Assembly (NCBI GenBank): GCA_964016885.1
Contig: OZ024753.1
Span: forward strand, 13,826,001-13,890,000
Length of the DNA: 64,000 nucleotides
Direction of reading: 5' to 3'
Origin: Eledone cirrhosa
Taxonomy: Eukaryota
Shown here in pieces: positions 37,370 to 50,630 of this stretch. The position numbers and the translations under genes are program-made. The notes beneath the pieces are model-generated. The model did not search any database. It was not told where the DNA came from and was given only the letters and a program-made list of their open reading frames with translations. Within the stretch, counting starts at the first letter, position 1. The number at the start of each line of letters is the position of its first letter.

Positions 37370-37710
37370 TGTATTTACACTGTCTTATGTAATCAGTAAC
37401 GTAATCCATGATACATTAAAAAAAGAAGATATTATATATAAACTGCATTAGGAGAAAATTAGTGACAGAAATATATAAATATGTATTTAAGTGATCGCTA
37501 ACCGGAAGTGTTGGCATTTGAAAATTTTAAAGAAGTGAATCTTTAAATAAGCAATAAAATATATTTAATGAACAGCCACGAAATTTAGTAGATAAATTAT
37601 GTAATATTCATTCATTATTTATTCAAAGTAATCCAACTTATTTTACTAAGGGGATAAAAAATTATAAACCGTACTCAGTCCCGCACGTCTTACATTATTA
37701 TAGCTGAGAT
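37370..37710 (-). mobile_element. Non-autonomous Helitron-like element, 5' portion (no SINE insert)
   Basis: Reverse complement of 55805-56340 and 60670-61030. Confidence 0.7.
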
Positions 37711-37759
37711 TGTTTCTTCGCTCAGTTTCTAATGCTGGAGATGTATTACAGTGTTAGCT

Positions 37760-37925
37760 GTTCACTACCAGTGAACTAAGGAAACACTCCTTATTTTTTC
37801 AAGTACCCTCCGGAGTATTTGAACTGTTCCATCCGTATTGCAATCCCTATTTGTTTGATGTGCTTCTCAAGATCTTTATTCACTGTTCCCAAGACTCCAA
37901 CTATTATTGGTATTACCACCATCTT
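37760..37925 (-). mobile_element. R4/Dong-like LINE 3' fragment (REL endonuclease C-terminus)
   Basis: Minus strand translates VVIPIIVGVLGTVNKDLEKHIKQIG, matching the PIVIGALG motif. Confidence 0.6.
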
Positions 37926-38177
37926 TTATTATTATTATTATCATTGTGGATTAGCAGAATCAGTAGAGCGTCGGACAATATGCTTTGACGCATAGACTTA
38001 CAGCCCTTGCCATTCTGAGTTCAAATCCCACCGAGGTTAACTTTGCCTTTCATCCTTACGGGGTCGATAAAATAAAGTACCAGTAATGTACTGGGTAATT
38101 GCTGGCCTTATGCCAATAGTAGAAACAATTATTATTATTATCATTGTTGTTGTTATTATTATATATTTTTCTTTCAG

Positions 38178-38293
38178 ATGTTAAATAACTTTGCCTCTGA
38201 TTTGGATACACTGCTCAGCGACCTTTCTCAGTCTTCCTGTCCCCTTACCAACCCACCAAATTTAATCCAATTAAAACTGGGGGCAGCAAAAAA
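38178..38293 (+). CDS. Coding exon with an LD motif (paxillin- or MRL/RIAM/lamellipodin-like adaptor)
   Basis: Strong acceptor tttttctttcag, donor AA|gtaagt. Open frame MLNNFASDLDTLLSDLSQSSCPLTNPPNLIQLKLGAAK(K), phase 0 to 2. LDxLLxDL is the canonical LD motif. Confidence 0.75.
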
Positions 38294-38359
38294 GTAAGTA
38301 CTTATTATAATTTTCTAATAATTGATTTTATTTTAAAAAATGTTATGCATATATATATA

Positions 38360-38958
38360 TATATTTGATGGAAGTTACGGAGTAGGCAGACCCAGTAAAA
38401 CCTGGGACGATTTCATAAATTCCGACCTTACACACTTACACCTCTCTAAGACAATGTCACTGGACCAAGATCTTTGGTGCTATGCAGTAATACAGAAAAC
38501 CCGCCTTGCCTAAGTACAAAGCGAAACCTACAGTCAGTAGGCACCTCTTAATCAAATATACACCCCCATCCCACTACCTCAACTCCACCCCCATCAACAC
38601 CACCCCTTTCTCTGTAAAGTTATGTTGGTACCACAACATCCAGTCCTAAATAAATGAGGTCGTGTAGGTGTCACGACAAAAAAACACACAGTCCATGGTG
38701 TAATGTGGCCGTGTAGGTAACACGGTAAAAACCTCCCTGTCCACGCTGTAATGTGACCGTTAAGGTAACACAGTAAAAACCTCCCAGTTCCACACTGAAA
38801 ATGTAGTTGGTGTTAGGAAGGGCATCCAGCCATAGAAAACCTGCCAGATAGTCCTATATGAGCGAGACATGGTCACCCGACCAATCTTGCCTCAAGTGGG
38901 ACAATTCTCATCTAAACCCATGCTAGTGTGGAAGATAGACGTTAAATGGTGATGATGT
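38360..38958 (+). mobile_element. RTE 3' fragment with 3' UTR
   Basis: Encodes DGSYGVGRPSKTWDDFINSDLTHLHL... and is homologous to 39435-40130 in the opposite orientation. Confidence 0.85.
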
Positions 38959-39290
38959 CTAAGTCTAAAGTCTGTCTCAAGCCCAGAAGCTCATCAGACC
39001 AGTACTTATCCCAGTTTCCATGGTGTTTGTTAAGTGACTGAGAGTTCAATACTCTACCCTGGACAGGATGCCAGTCCATTGCAGGGTTAAAGCCCCACCT
39101 ATTGCATTTTCAGATGAGTATACTGGAGCAACATGAAATGAAGTGTTTTGCTCAAGAACACAACACACAACCCAGTCCAGGAATCAAACCCACAACGTTA
39201 TGGTCATAAGTCCAACACCATTATCACTAGGCTATATATATATATACAATGATATTAAATAAATGGAAACTATATTTATAAAACCATATT

Positions 39291-39355
39291 TATTTTATTA
39301 TATATATTTCAAGAGTACCAAGACAAACATTGGTACGCTTTCATCAGATAAAATA
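39291..39355 (-). ncRNA. Hammerhead ribozyme family A, copy 4 (best preserved)
   Basis: Minus strand reads TATTTTAT-CTGATGA-AAGCGTACCA(ATGTTTGTCT)TGGTACTCTT-GAAA-TATATA-TA^ATAAAATA. Stem I is a perfect 8 bp. It lies in an insert (about 39245-39435) next to (TA)n. Confidence 0.87.
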
Positions 39356-39434
39356 CAAAGTTTGTTTTATAAATAGAGACATACCCATGAAAATCATACC
39401 TTATCGGTTGGAAATTCACTGGATAGTAGCATAT

Positions 39435-40655
39435 ATCATCATCATCATCATCATCATCAGGTTTAGCGTCCGTGTTCCACGCTTGCATGGGTTTGGACGG
39501 GGGTTCCACGCTTGCATGGGTTTGGACGGGGGTTTTCCCACTTGAGGCAAGAGTGGTTGTCTTGCTCGCATAGGACTGTCTGGCGGGTTTTCTACAGTTG
39601 GATGCCCTTCCTAACACCAACCACATTTACAGTGTGGGGCTGGGAGGTTTTTACTGTGTTGCCTACACGGCCACATTACAGCGTGGACTGTCTGGCGGGT
39701 TTTCTACAGCTGGATGCCCTTCCTAACACCAACCACATTTACAGTGTGGGGCTGGGAGGTTTTTACCGTGTTGCCTACACGGCCACATTTACAGCGTGGA
39801 CTGTGTGTTTTTTGTCGTGACACCTACACGATCTCATTTGTTTCGGCCTGGATGTTGTGGGACCAACATAACTTTACATTGAAAGGGGCGGTGTGGGTGG
39901 GGTGGAGGTGGTGGGACGGGGGTGTGTTTTGATAGAGATGCCTACTGACTGTAGTAGGTTTTTACTTTGTATTTAGGTAAGGCGGGTCTTCTCTATTACT
40001 GAGTACCGCCAAAGGTCTCGGTCCAGTGACATTGTCTTGGAGAGGTGTAAGCATGTGAGGTCGGAATTTATCAGCTCGTCCCATGTTTTTCTGGGTCTGC
40101 CTACTCCGTGGCTACCGTCTATCTTTATTGCCCTGCACTTTGTTATACAGCTGTCGTCTTTCATGCGCATCACGTGACCGTACCAACGTAGCCTTCTCTC
40201 GAGTAAACAACATCTGATCCCTCTTATTTCTAATTTTTTCCTTAGTTCGTTTATGCTTTGCCGTTCACGTATATTACTATTGCACATCCAGCGGAGCATG
40301 CAAGCTTCGTTCCTCTCTAGTCTGCGTATATCCTCTGCACACAATGCCCAGGTCTCACTGCCATGCAGCATTGCTGTTCGTATGCAGGCATCGTATAACC
40401 TGCCTTTCATTTTTAGGGAGAACCCTCTAGCGGCTAATAGTGGTATAAGCTCTCTGAACTTTTTCCATCCAGTTCTGACTCTAGCTACTGTACTTTCAGA
40501 GCACCCTCCCCCACTGCTGATTTTGTCACCCAGATAACGGAAGCTGTCCACTATTTCTATAGAACCCTCTGCGCAGTTGAAGGAGCTAGTATTTTGTGGG
40601 CGCTTGCTGCTACTTATTGCACCAGAGCACCGGCCACATGTAAAATCTATGTTCT
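39435..40655 (-). mobile_element. RTE LINE 3' portion (uninterrupted 192-aa C-terminal ORF plus 3' UTR)
   Basis: DSFRYLGDKIS...MLHGSETW...RLRWYGHVMRM...GRPRKTW, ending in an (ATC)n tail. Confidence 0.93.
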
Positions 40656-41545
40656 ATATATATATATATATATATATGCTACTTTGTTTCATTAACCCCA
40701 GAAGAAAAAAAAATGCGAAGTTGAACTAATATGTGCAGGGATGTAACTTAAAGACCCAATGTTGGGTTTCTAACAGGCACACAGACAGAAATTCTGAGGG
40801 ATGGGAGGTAGATGATTATATCAATCCCCAGTACTTGACTGGTACTTAGTTCTCTCAATTTTGAGAAGGAAGATAAAAGGTGAAACCTGAAAAAGTTAAT
40901 GAGGGCCTCACCGAAGAGGAAAATGCCTGTCTTCAACCCTTTCAGCTGCGTCCATCATATGACCTCTTTTTACCATGGCCATCAGGGTGATAAAAACTGC
41001 TTGCCCCTCCTGGTTAAATGAGGGCAGCGGGGCAATCTAATAATTGTTTCTACTTTTGGCACAAGGCCAGCAAATACCCAGTACATTACTGATACTTTAT
41101 TTTATCGACCCCGTAAGAATGAAAGGCAAAGTTAACCTTGGCGGGATTTGAACTCAGATCATAAAGGGACGTAACTAATTGCTGCAAAGCATGGCATCCG
41201 GCCCTCTACCGATACTGCCAATCTAATAATAATAATATGGTTGGAATGTAGGAAAAGTATGCATACAACTGAGAGATAGAGGGAGAGAGATAGAAGTGAG
41301 GAGTGTCAGAGACAACCATATCAAAATTGTAGTATTGTAGACAGTGAATAAATGGAATGTTGGTGGTGGCATTGTTGCTACAGTCAACCATAATATGTTG
41401 TGTTTGTATATATATTTATATATTTCTGTCTAAAATTCACACAAATATACACGCAATTCCTATCTCGGTCACATTGTTACAATGATTAACCAAAATAATA
41501 TACTATTTGTTTGTGTGATATATATACATATATATATATATATAT

Positions 41546-41968
41546 CATCACCATTTAACATCAATTTTTCCACACTAGCATGGGTTAGACGAACTGTCCC
41601 ATTGTGAGACAAGTCAGATCAGGTAGTCATGTTTTGGTCAGACAGAACTGTGTCTGGCTTGGTTTCTACAGCTGGATGCTCTTCCTAATGCCAACCACTT
41701 TACAGTGTGGACTGGGCATTTTTTGTTGTGTCACCAACATAACCACATTACAGTGTAGTTTACAGTGTGGACTGAGCACTTTTTGTTGTGACACCAACAC
41801 CACCACTTTACAGTGTGGACTGAGCACTTTTTGTTGTGACACCAACACCACCACTTTACAGTGTGGACTGGGCACTTTTTGTTGTGATCCAACAACACCA
41901 CCATCACCACTTTACAGTGTGGACTGGGCACTTTTTGTCATGACACTAACACCACCACTTTACAGTGT
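41546..41968 (-). mobile_element. RTE-tail SINE fragment with an internal 48-bp tandem array
   Basis: ATC tail, then tttctacagctggatgc, then units accactttacagtgtggactgagcactttttgttgtgacaccaacacc. Confidence 0.75.
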
Positions 41969-43502
41969 ATTTTTAGTTAGAAGACAGGAATATAAATTGT
42001 GACAGTAAAACGTAATTCTAAATAGAAGTATCATCATCACCATTATCATTTTACGTCCACTTTTTACTTCCTACAAGATGGCATCTCATAGGCGGTTTCT
42101 TGGCTATTTTAATGATAGGGGCCCTAATCTTATATTGTTGTTGTCACAGCCCACAATTAACTAGGTTTAGCATAGTTGCAACAAAGTTGCATCTCATATG
42201 AGGTTTCTTGGGCGTTTTAATGATAGGGACCTCAGTTTTAACCATATTTCTAATAAAAAGTTAAAAAAATACAGCCTATTATTTTCCAAATCATTTTGAA
42301 AATAATAAAAAAAATTGGAGGGATTTATTAATACAACTGACTTTCTTATTATTAAGCTGGTGTTTGGAGTGTAACTTAAAAAGGTTCTTACATATAATTA
42401 TAATGGAAGGTTTTTAGATAAATATAAGCATTTTAAAATAAACAGCTTTGTAGCATAGGAGTTCGTAGGACAAGGTGCTGTTTCAAGCAGTTTCGTATCA
42501 GGATTAAGCTGATCATAAACTATATTGATCTCTGTGGTTTGGAAGGGCCTGACAACATGTGAGTAAGTGTGTGTGACCGTATATACTTGAATATAAGCTG
42601 ATCCAAATATTTCGACCCCTCTATTTTATGTTTGAGAAATGGGCAAAAATCTAAACCATTTATAAGCCGAGTCAGCTAATCAACACAATGTTTAAATGGT
42701 GTATATAAGCCCTCCCACTCATTTTACCACAGATTTTTTGGTCACATATTCTTCAGCTTATATTAATGGTCATGTAGGTGACACGACAAAAAGCACCCAG
42801 TACTCACTGTAAATGAGGTTGGCATTAAGAAGGGCATCTACCTGTAGAAACCAAGCCAAAATCAGTTCTGTATAAGCAAGGCATGGTCACCTGACCTAAC
42901 ATTGCCTACAACAGGACAACTCGTCTAACCCATGCTAGCGTGGAAGAATGGACGTAAAGCTGATGATATGATATGACTTATCTCTTGAAATAGAAGTGTT
43001 ACATTGAAATTCTATTACTGTTGTTGCTCACCATCTGTGACCAATGTTTTATCAGTGTAATCTCTATAAACTCAATGGCCTCTGTGCAACTAGTAAGGAC
43101 CACACAACTAAATATTATCACAGGTGTCACGTTGTTGTTGGTACTATCACCATTTTAAAATAGATTCTAGTTTTACCATATTTCTCACAAAAGATATTGC
43201 CTATGGTTTTCAAAACATTCTCATGACAATCAGTAATTTAACCCTTTAATGTTCAAACTGGCCAAAACCGGCCAGAATTCTCTACATTTTTCTGTTGAAA
43301 CTGGCTGTAACTGGTCACTCAAACTGATGTTAAGGTATTGTTCTCAAAATCTCATAGATTCGATATGTGAGGTAAAGCATTTACCATGAAAATATAATAG
43401 TATATATAGATTAATTTGAATGGTAAAGGGTTAAGGAGGTTTAGTAATATAGCTAATTAATTATTTCATTAGTGTTTGGAACATAACTTAAGCAAGTTTT
43501 TT

Positions 43503-43686
43503 TAAGAGGGTCTGCTGAAACGTTCCTCGGTTGAAATGTTTATAGGCTGACCAAGATACCCTCATGGAATGACCAAATTAGGTTTATTTTTCAACATAGT
43601 CCCTGGAAAGAAACAATGCACTTAGTAATAAGAAGAGTTGAAATTAATACATACAAGATTTCACAGCTCTAGCTGACCCTCGTACA
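43503..43686. mobile_element. Mariner-like MITE inserted in a MITE family 2 copy
   Basis: Termini ta(a)gagggtctgctg ... tagctgaccctcgta, TA-flanked. Confidence 0.55.
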
Positions 43687-44298
43687 TAAAATTATGATGG
43701 AAAGTTTTTAGATAGATATCAACACTTTAAAATAACCAGTTTTATATGATAGAACCAGTTGTAGGTTCAGGAGAATTTGGGGAAAAGGGGTTAAAGAATG
43801 ACTCTAAATTTGATGGGAGAGGAGAGAGATGGCTAGTAGTATGATGGGGGAATGGGGTAGGGTTTGTAGTATGATGGGAGAGCAGAGGGATGTCTTGGCA
43901 GTATGTACTCCGACATAGATATAGTTTTGTATGAGAACTATGAGTAGCTTCAGACATTTTTGTGTGAAAATGGTTAATATATACCAGAAAACACCTCATT
44001 CAACTGTTTTTAACAATTCCACCCATCTACTGTCCTGGGATCAAAAGTACAGTTGTCACCCCCCCCCCCCCCCCACCAACCCCCGGTATTCGCAGGGGTT
44101 ACCTTCCTAGAGCAGTCGCAATGAGTATAACATATTTCACCTTGCAAGACCTATGCCTTTAGAATCCACATATCATTGTACAAATCTGGTTTGGTTTGTC
44201 TATTCTGTGTCTTTCATTAGAAATATGGTTAAGGAACAGTTAATAGATATTTTGAGAAATCTTTTAAATTTCTCCTCACTCCTTGCATGTTTTTCCTA

Positions 44299-44372
<74 letters not shown>

Positions 44373-44834
44373 CACACTATAAACGTGGTTGGTGTTAGGA
44401 AGGGCATCCAGCCGTAGAAAACCTGCCAGACAGTCCTATTCGAGCGAGACGACCAATCTTGCCCCAAGTGGGTTACTTCCCGTCTAAACCCATGCTAGCG
44501 TGGAAGATAGACGTTAAACGATGATGATGATATATATATATATATATACACAGTTGTCCCCGCTATTTGCAGGGGTTATGTTCCTAGGGCACCTGCGAAG
44601 AGTGAAAAACTGCTAATATTGGACATGGTCCATAAAAATGCCTGTACATCTCAAAACATACCCTAAAATATAGGCCGGCAAATATGGTATATTGTTATTA
44701 ATAATTTAGCATTAAAAACCATGAAAAAATATATATTGCCATAAAAAATTGCAGAAGATATTTACGATTCTGTGAATATGCGGTGGTTTCCATGAGCAAT
44801 TGTAAGTTAGGTTTTAAGGAAAATTCCGAGGGTA

Positions 44835-44867
<33 letters not shown>

Positions 44868-45190
44868 ACGTCCGCTTTTCCCTGCTTGCAAGGGTGGGAC
44901 AGGAACTGATTCTGGCTCGATTTCTACAGCTGGATGTCCTTCCCAACACCAACCTCATTTACAGTGAGTGTTGGGTGCTTTTTTGCCGTGGCACCTCCAC
45001 GACCACTTTGCAGTGGAATGATAGGGACCCCAGTCCCTATCATCTCATTTCTACAGCTGAGTAAACTGGAGCAATGTGAAATAAAGTGTCTTGCTCAAGG
45101 AAACAACACATCACCCGGTCTGAGAATTGAACTCACAACCTTTCGATTGCAAGGCCAATGCTCTAACCACTAAGCCATGTGCCTCCATAC
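44835..45190 (-). mobile_element. tRNA-derived SINE family A, full length
   Basis: Runs from the (ATC)n tail to the tRNA head. Highly similar to 4130-4450. Confidence 0.9.
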
Positions 45191-46654
45191 ACTGTACTTT
45201 ATTTCTTGATGCCCTCCTCTCGTAAGAATGAAAGGCAAAGTTGACCTCGGGGGGATTTGAACTGAGAGTGTATTGCATTGGAACAAATACCAAGACATCT
45301 AATCTAACTGCTAATTTACTGTGTACTCTAAATTAACCCCACCCTCTCTGGCCTCCTTCTGTCGGTAGTTGTGACTGACATATAGTATCATCTTACAGTA
45401 AAAGTGGCAACACATTGCAGTGAAACAGCCATTAGATAAAACTCTAATGAAATTAAGACTTCATTTCTACTTCACCTTCCCCCACGGGTTCGATGAAACA
45501 TGATGACAAAAGTATAGAGTTTTTATATTTAGACAAAGTGTCTCTCACTTTTTTTTTATATGTATATATAAATATTTTTTTAAAGTCTAAGGAGATAAGA
45601 CTAACTGCTCACCGAACCCCCCACCCCCACCACGAACAGTAGAAGTAGGAATAGCTCGCATAGTTGATGTTGAAATTGAAAGTTTGAAGATTTGTAGCTG
45701 GAAGGAAAACTTGAGCAGCAATATAAATTCAGATGAATGTGTTTTTAAGGAATAAGAATTGGTTAAAGAATTTAGTACATTGGGGAATGGGTTTTGGGTA
45801 GTGTAAGGACAGAGTATATGGTTTTAACTTCTTTACCATACAGAGTGTACCAAAAAGAATCATCCAATTTTATTTACAATTTTAACAAATGCTCTTATAA
45901 AACTTTATATTCATTCATGTATTGTTCAAGTTCCACACAATTATAGGGTCATTTCTTTAAAAAATATATAGATTTTGGAAATATAGTCGTTATAAAATAA
46001 TACTGCGTTATTACAATCATCATCATCATCATCATCATTGTCATTTTACTTCCAATGTTAGCATGAGTTGGACAAGTTATTTCGGTCCAAGACTAGTCTG
46101 GTTGGGGAAACATATCTTGATTCTTATCTTCTATATTTGGCATGGTTTCAATGGTTGGATGCTCTTCACAATGTCAACTACTTTAATGAAAGACACTGCA
46201 TATATAATTCTTAAATAATTTTCTAAACAATGAAGAATTTTGGAAGGGTTTTCTAATATAACTAACTTTCTTATGTGTCTGATGCTTGGAACATAACTTA
46301 ACAAAGTTTCTTACATAAAATTATGATGGAAGGTTTTTTAGATAAATTTATACACTTTAAAATAAACAGCTGTGTATTTATTGACACTGAATAGAGATGA
46401 AAGACTAAGTCAACATGCTTTTCTATAAGTCATGACATTATCACAAAAACTGTATAACAATGCTATCTGTTGGCTGGTATTGCCCTGATGAACATATGAG
46501 AAACACAATAGAGAAATAAAATATATCTACACCCACCTAAGACTGGAACATTCCAATGTTGTAACATCAACCCAGGACACACAATAGCTCCAGATATTGT
46601 TCTTTGAGACAGGAAACAAAAGCCATATACTATTGTAGAGGTATCAATGGATTG

Positions 46655-47298
46655 TTTAACCCCTTCATTACCATATTTCTAATAAAAGACAATACCTATA
46701 TCATTAACCCTTCCATTACCATATTTCTAATGAAAGACACTGTCTACGTCCTTAACCCTTCCATTACCATATTTCTAATGAAAGACACTGTCTGTGTCAT
46801 TAACCCTTCCATTACCATATTTCTAATGAAAGACAGTGTCTATGTCATTAACCCTTTCATTACCATATTTCTAATGAAAGACACTGTCTATGTCCTTAAC
46901 CCTTCCATTACCATATTTCTAATGAAAGACACTGTCTGTGTCATTAACCCTTTCATTACCATATTTCTAATGAAAGACAGTGTCTATGTCATTAACCCTT
47001 TCATTACCATATTTCTAATGAAAGACACTGTCTATGTCATTAACCCTTCCATTACCATATTTCTAAGGAAAGACACTGTCTATGTCATTAACCCTTTCAT
47101 TACTATATTTCTAATGAAAAACACTGTCTATGTCATTAATCCTTCCATTACCATATTTCTAATGAAAGACCCTATCTATATCTTTAACCTTTTCATTACC
47201 ATATTTCTAATGAAAGACCCTATCTATATCTTTAACCCTTTCATTTCCATATTTCTAATGAAAGACCCTGTCTATATCTTTAATCCTTTCATTACTAT
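46655..47298. repeat. 48-bp array (~13 copies) of the MITE family 2 left terminus
   Basis: Unit taaccct(t/c)tcattaccatatttctaatgaaagacactgtctatgtcat. The remainder of the MITE resumes at about 48910. Confidence 0.92.
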
Positions 47299-47690
47299 CT
47301 AAACTATAATAAAGTAGGGAGTACGGGACTGCATCCAGAATAAATTTTTTTATCCCGTTTGTAAAATAAGTTTGATTACTTGGAATAAATAATTGTTTCT
47401 ACTTTTGGCACAAGGCCAGCAAATACCCAGTACATTACTGGTATTTTATTTTATCGACCCCGTAAGGATGAAAGGCAAAGTTAACCTCGGCGGGATTTGA
47501 ACTCAGAATGTCAAGGGCTGTAACTATGTGTCAAGGCATGGCGTCCGACCCTCTACCGATACTGCCAATCCACTTGGAATAAATAATGAATGAATATTAC
47601 ATAATTTATGTAATAAATTTCGTATTTATAAATAATTTAAAATTGACTTCTTTTCAAAGTTTCAAATTTCTACACTTCTGGTATATCGTC
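47298..47690 (+). mobile_element. Helitron-like 5' portion with an inserted SINE B (16-bp TSD)
   Basis: A^TCtaaactataataaag start. TSD acttggaataaataat at 47378-47393 and 47572-47587. Confidence 0.72.
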
Positions 47691-48189
47691 GCCACCACCA
47701 CCACTTCAACTACCATGTATATAGAAAGAGAGAGTTTGTGATGAGAGAGATAGTGATTATGACTTTCTACATGCTGACGCGTATGATTGTGCACATACAT
47801 ACATCTATATGTATGAGTATATAACTATAATCGGGCAAACACACTTATAAAAATACACCCTCACGGACATACATTCAGATAAATACACATACATTCACAC
47901 AAACACACATACAGTCATGATAGTGTTCAGTGAATTGGAAATGGGAGGGTAAAACAAGTATAATGTTTTATTTATTAACAACACAGTTTAACTCTGTTTT
48001 TTTTTAAACTCATTTGTATAAAAATTTAATATAATGATTAGAGAACGAAAACACCAACAAATATAAGGGATAGGAAAAAAGAAAGAAAAAAAATACGCAA
48101 GCAGGTAATACTTAGACCCCATAGAACAATATGCAGGCGAAAGAATGGAAAAAAATGAGACGCTACCAGAGCAAAAGATAGCAATGTAG

Positions 48190-48690
48190 CAAGGAGCACT
48201 GGGAAACTTCTCTAATTTTTGAGGCAAGCCAGCACGCTTGCAGCGTTACTTGGGGTGATGGCGAGGCTGAGGTGCTGGAACAACCAAGTGCCCTCATGAG
48301 CATCACCAGTTACCTCTGTTTGGCGAGTCGCCAGTGAAGATAAGAATCTCGCTTTCAATAAGCCCGACTCCCCCAAACGTCTCGAACGCCACAGGCTGGA
48401 TAATGTAGTTAGCTGACAGAACACGGTATTTTAGGATTTTGTTCCGTTCAGCTGTGGATGCTGTAGCTCTCGCCCTTACCGCTGCATCCAGAATGTGGGA
48501 AGAAGCAAAAGAGTCACTAACGGTGACGTCCCAGGTAAGGCACCTGCCTCTTGACCATGAGCACAGAGTAAGATCATCAAGTCTTTTCCCATCAATTCTG
48601 GACAACCCAGACGGTTCCAAAATTGAGGGGATGTTTACTCGGACCAAAGATCTTGAGTGGTAATAGGACAAGGTGTGTATGTGCACGCAC
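48190..48690 (-). mobile_element. CRE-clade non-LTR retrotransposon fragment (restriction-like endonuclease domain)
   Basis: LEPSGLSRIDGKRLDDLTL...W...LTWDVTVSD...AERNKILKY...QPVAFETFG matches the degenerate RPDG / WDVT / KxxKY / PxAxET REL signature. Confidence 0.8.
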
Positions 48691-49527
48691 GAGTATGTCG
48701 GTGTTCTTAAATTAGACCCAGAGGTAGACTTCGAGCAAGATAGTTGGATAACATCTATGAGCTTCGCTGGTCACACTTTGGGATCCAGCTGGATCAGTTA
48801 GAGATGTTTGCTACTGACAGACTCGCTGGAAGGAGTATTTGAGAAGGACTCTGTCCCCACGACCCTCCCAGAAATAAGTGGGCGAAGAAGAAGAAGATAT
48901 TGTCAATTTACTTTTCTAATGAAAGACACTGGTCATTGTCTTTCAAATCATTTTGAAAATTATCAAATATTTGGCAGTATTTAGTAATATAACTTTATTA
49001 TTATTAAGCTATTTTTGGGAACATAACTTAACAATTTTTCTTAAATAACCTTATGATGGAAGGTTTTAGATAAATAATGTAAGCACTTTAAAATAAGAAC
49101 TTTTGGTTGTTTGTATCAAGTGGCATTTCTATGGTGGACGTCTATGATATGACAATTTGTTGTAATCTAAAGAACTTAATTTTTTACATTATGTAGTCTT
49201 AGTGCTGTTTTCTATTTTTCAAGAATGCCCTGCTAATGTGGTTTCATGTGGTACAAGATCATCATCACCGTCATCATCATTTAACGTCCTTTTTCCCTGC
49301 TCACAAGGGTCAGAATGTCGCCACGGATTGATCTGTACTCAGATAAAGCCTCTGACCTCCAGATGGGCTGGGAGCCGGACATATGATCCTGCAGTCCTCT
49401 AACAATTGCATTTTAGTTATGGCCACTAGGGGAGTCATGTCTTTACCATAGCTGATAAATCCCAGCTCTTTGTTTGGAAGGTTTTCTTCAGCTGGGTTCC
49501 CTTTCTATCACCAGTCACTTTGTGGAG

Positions 49528-50405
49528 GGTGTACTGGGTAGTTGTTTATTATAGAGGATGTATTGGGTGGTTGTTTATTGTAGAGGATGTATTGGGTGGT
49601 TGTTTATTGTAGAGTGTACTGGGTGTTTGATTATTGTAGAGTGTACTGGGTGTTTGATTATTGTAGAGTGTACTGGGTGTTTGATTATTGTAGAGGGTGT
49701 ACTGGGTGGTTGCTTATTGTAGAGTGTACTGGGTGTTTGATTATTGTAGAGTGTACTGGGTGTTTGATTATTGTAGAGTGTACTGGGTGTTTGATTATTG
49801 TAGAGGGTGTACTGGGTGGTTGCTTATTGTAGAGTGTACTGGGTGTTTGATTATTGTAGAGTGTACTGGGTGTTTGATTATTGTAGAGTGTACTGGGTGT
49901 TTGATTATTGTAGAGTGTACTGGGTGTTTGATTATTGTAGAGTGTACTGGGTGTTTGATTATTGTAGAGTGTACTGGGTGTTTGATTATTGTAGAGTGTA
50001 CTGGGTGTTTGATTATTGTAGAGTGTACTGGGTGGTTGCTTATTGTAGAGTGTACTGGGTGGTTGCTTATTGTAGAGGGTGTACTGGGTGGTTGCTTATT
50101 GTAGAGGGTGTACTGGGTGTTTGCTTATTGTAGAGTGTACTGGGTGTTTGATTATTGTAGAGTGTACTGGGTGTTTGATTATTGTAGAGTGTACTGGGTG
50201 TTTGATTATTGTAGAGTGTACTGGGTGTTTGATTATTGTAGAGTGTACTGGGTGTTTGATTATTGTAGAGTGTACTGGGTGGTTGATTATTGTAGAGGGT
50301 GTACTGGGTGGTTGCTTATTGTAGAGTGTACTGGGTGGTTGCTTATTATAGAGTGTACTGGGTGGTTGCTTATTATAGATGATGTACTGGGTGGTTGCTT
50401 ATTGT
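49528..50405. repeat. 27/29-bp minisatellite (~31 copies)
   Basis: Unit gtactgggtgtttgattattgtagagt, growing out of an RTE-tail SINE remnant. Confidence 0.95.
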
Positions 50406-50474
50406 ATGGATCACTGACATTAGGGAGCTTGTCATGTCTGTGGCACCACTAAAAAGTCCTTCCAATGTGAAGAT

Positions 50475-50630
50475 GTTAAATGAAATTTAATGGTGTTAAA
50501 TGAAATTTAATGGCGTTGAATGAAATTTAATGGCGTTGAATGAAATTTAATGGTGTTGAATGAAATTTAATGGTGTTGAATAAAATTTAATAGTGTTAAA
50601 TGAAATTTAAAGGTGTTAAGAATTAAATGA
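50475..50630. repeat. 20-bp minisatellite
   Basis: Unit tgaaatttaatggtgttgaa. Confidence 0.9.

Noticed and set aside
40975-41040. GC-rich hairpin ending in CTAA, considered as an HDV-like ribozyme
   Set aside because: I could not assign the nested P1/P2/P3/P1.1 double pseudoknot on either strand.
46475-46520. CTGATGA...GAAAC possible hammerhead
   Set aside because: Only 8 nt lie between the core halves with no stable stem II, and no convincing stem I or III. At best a decayed remnant.
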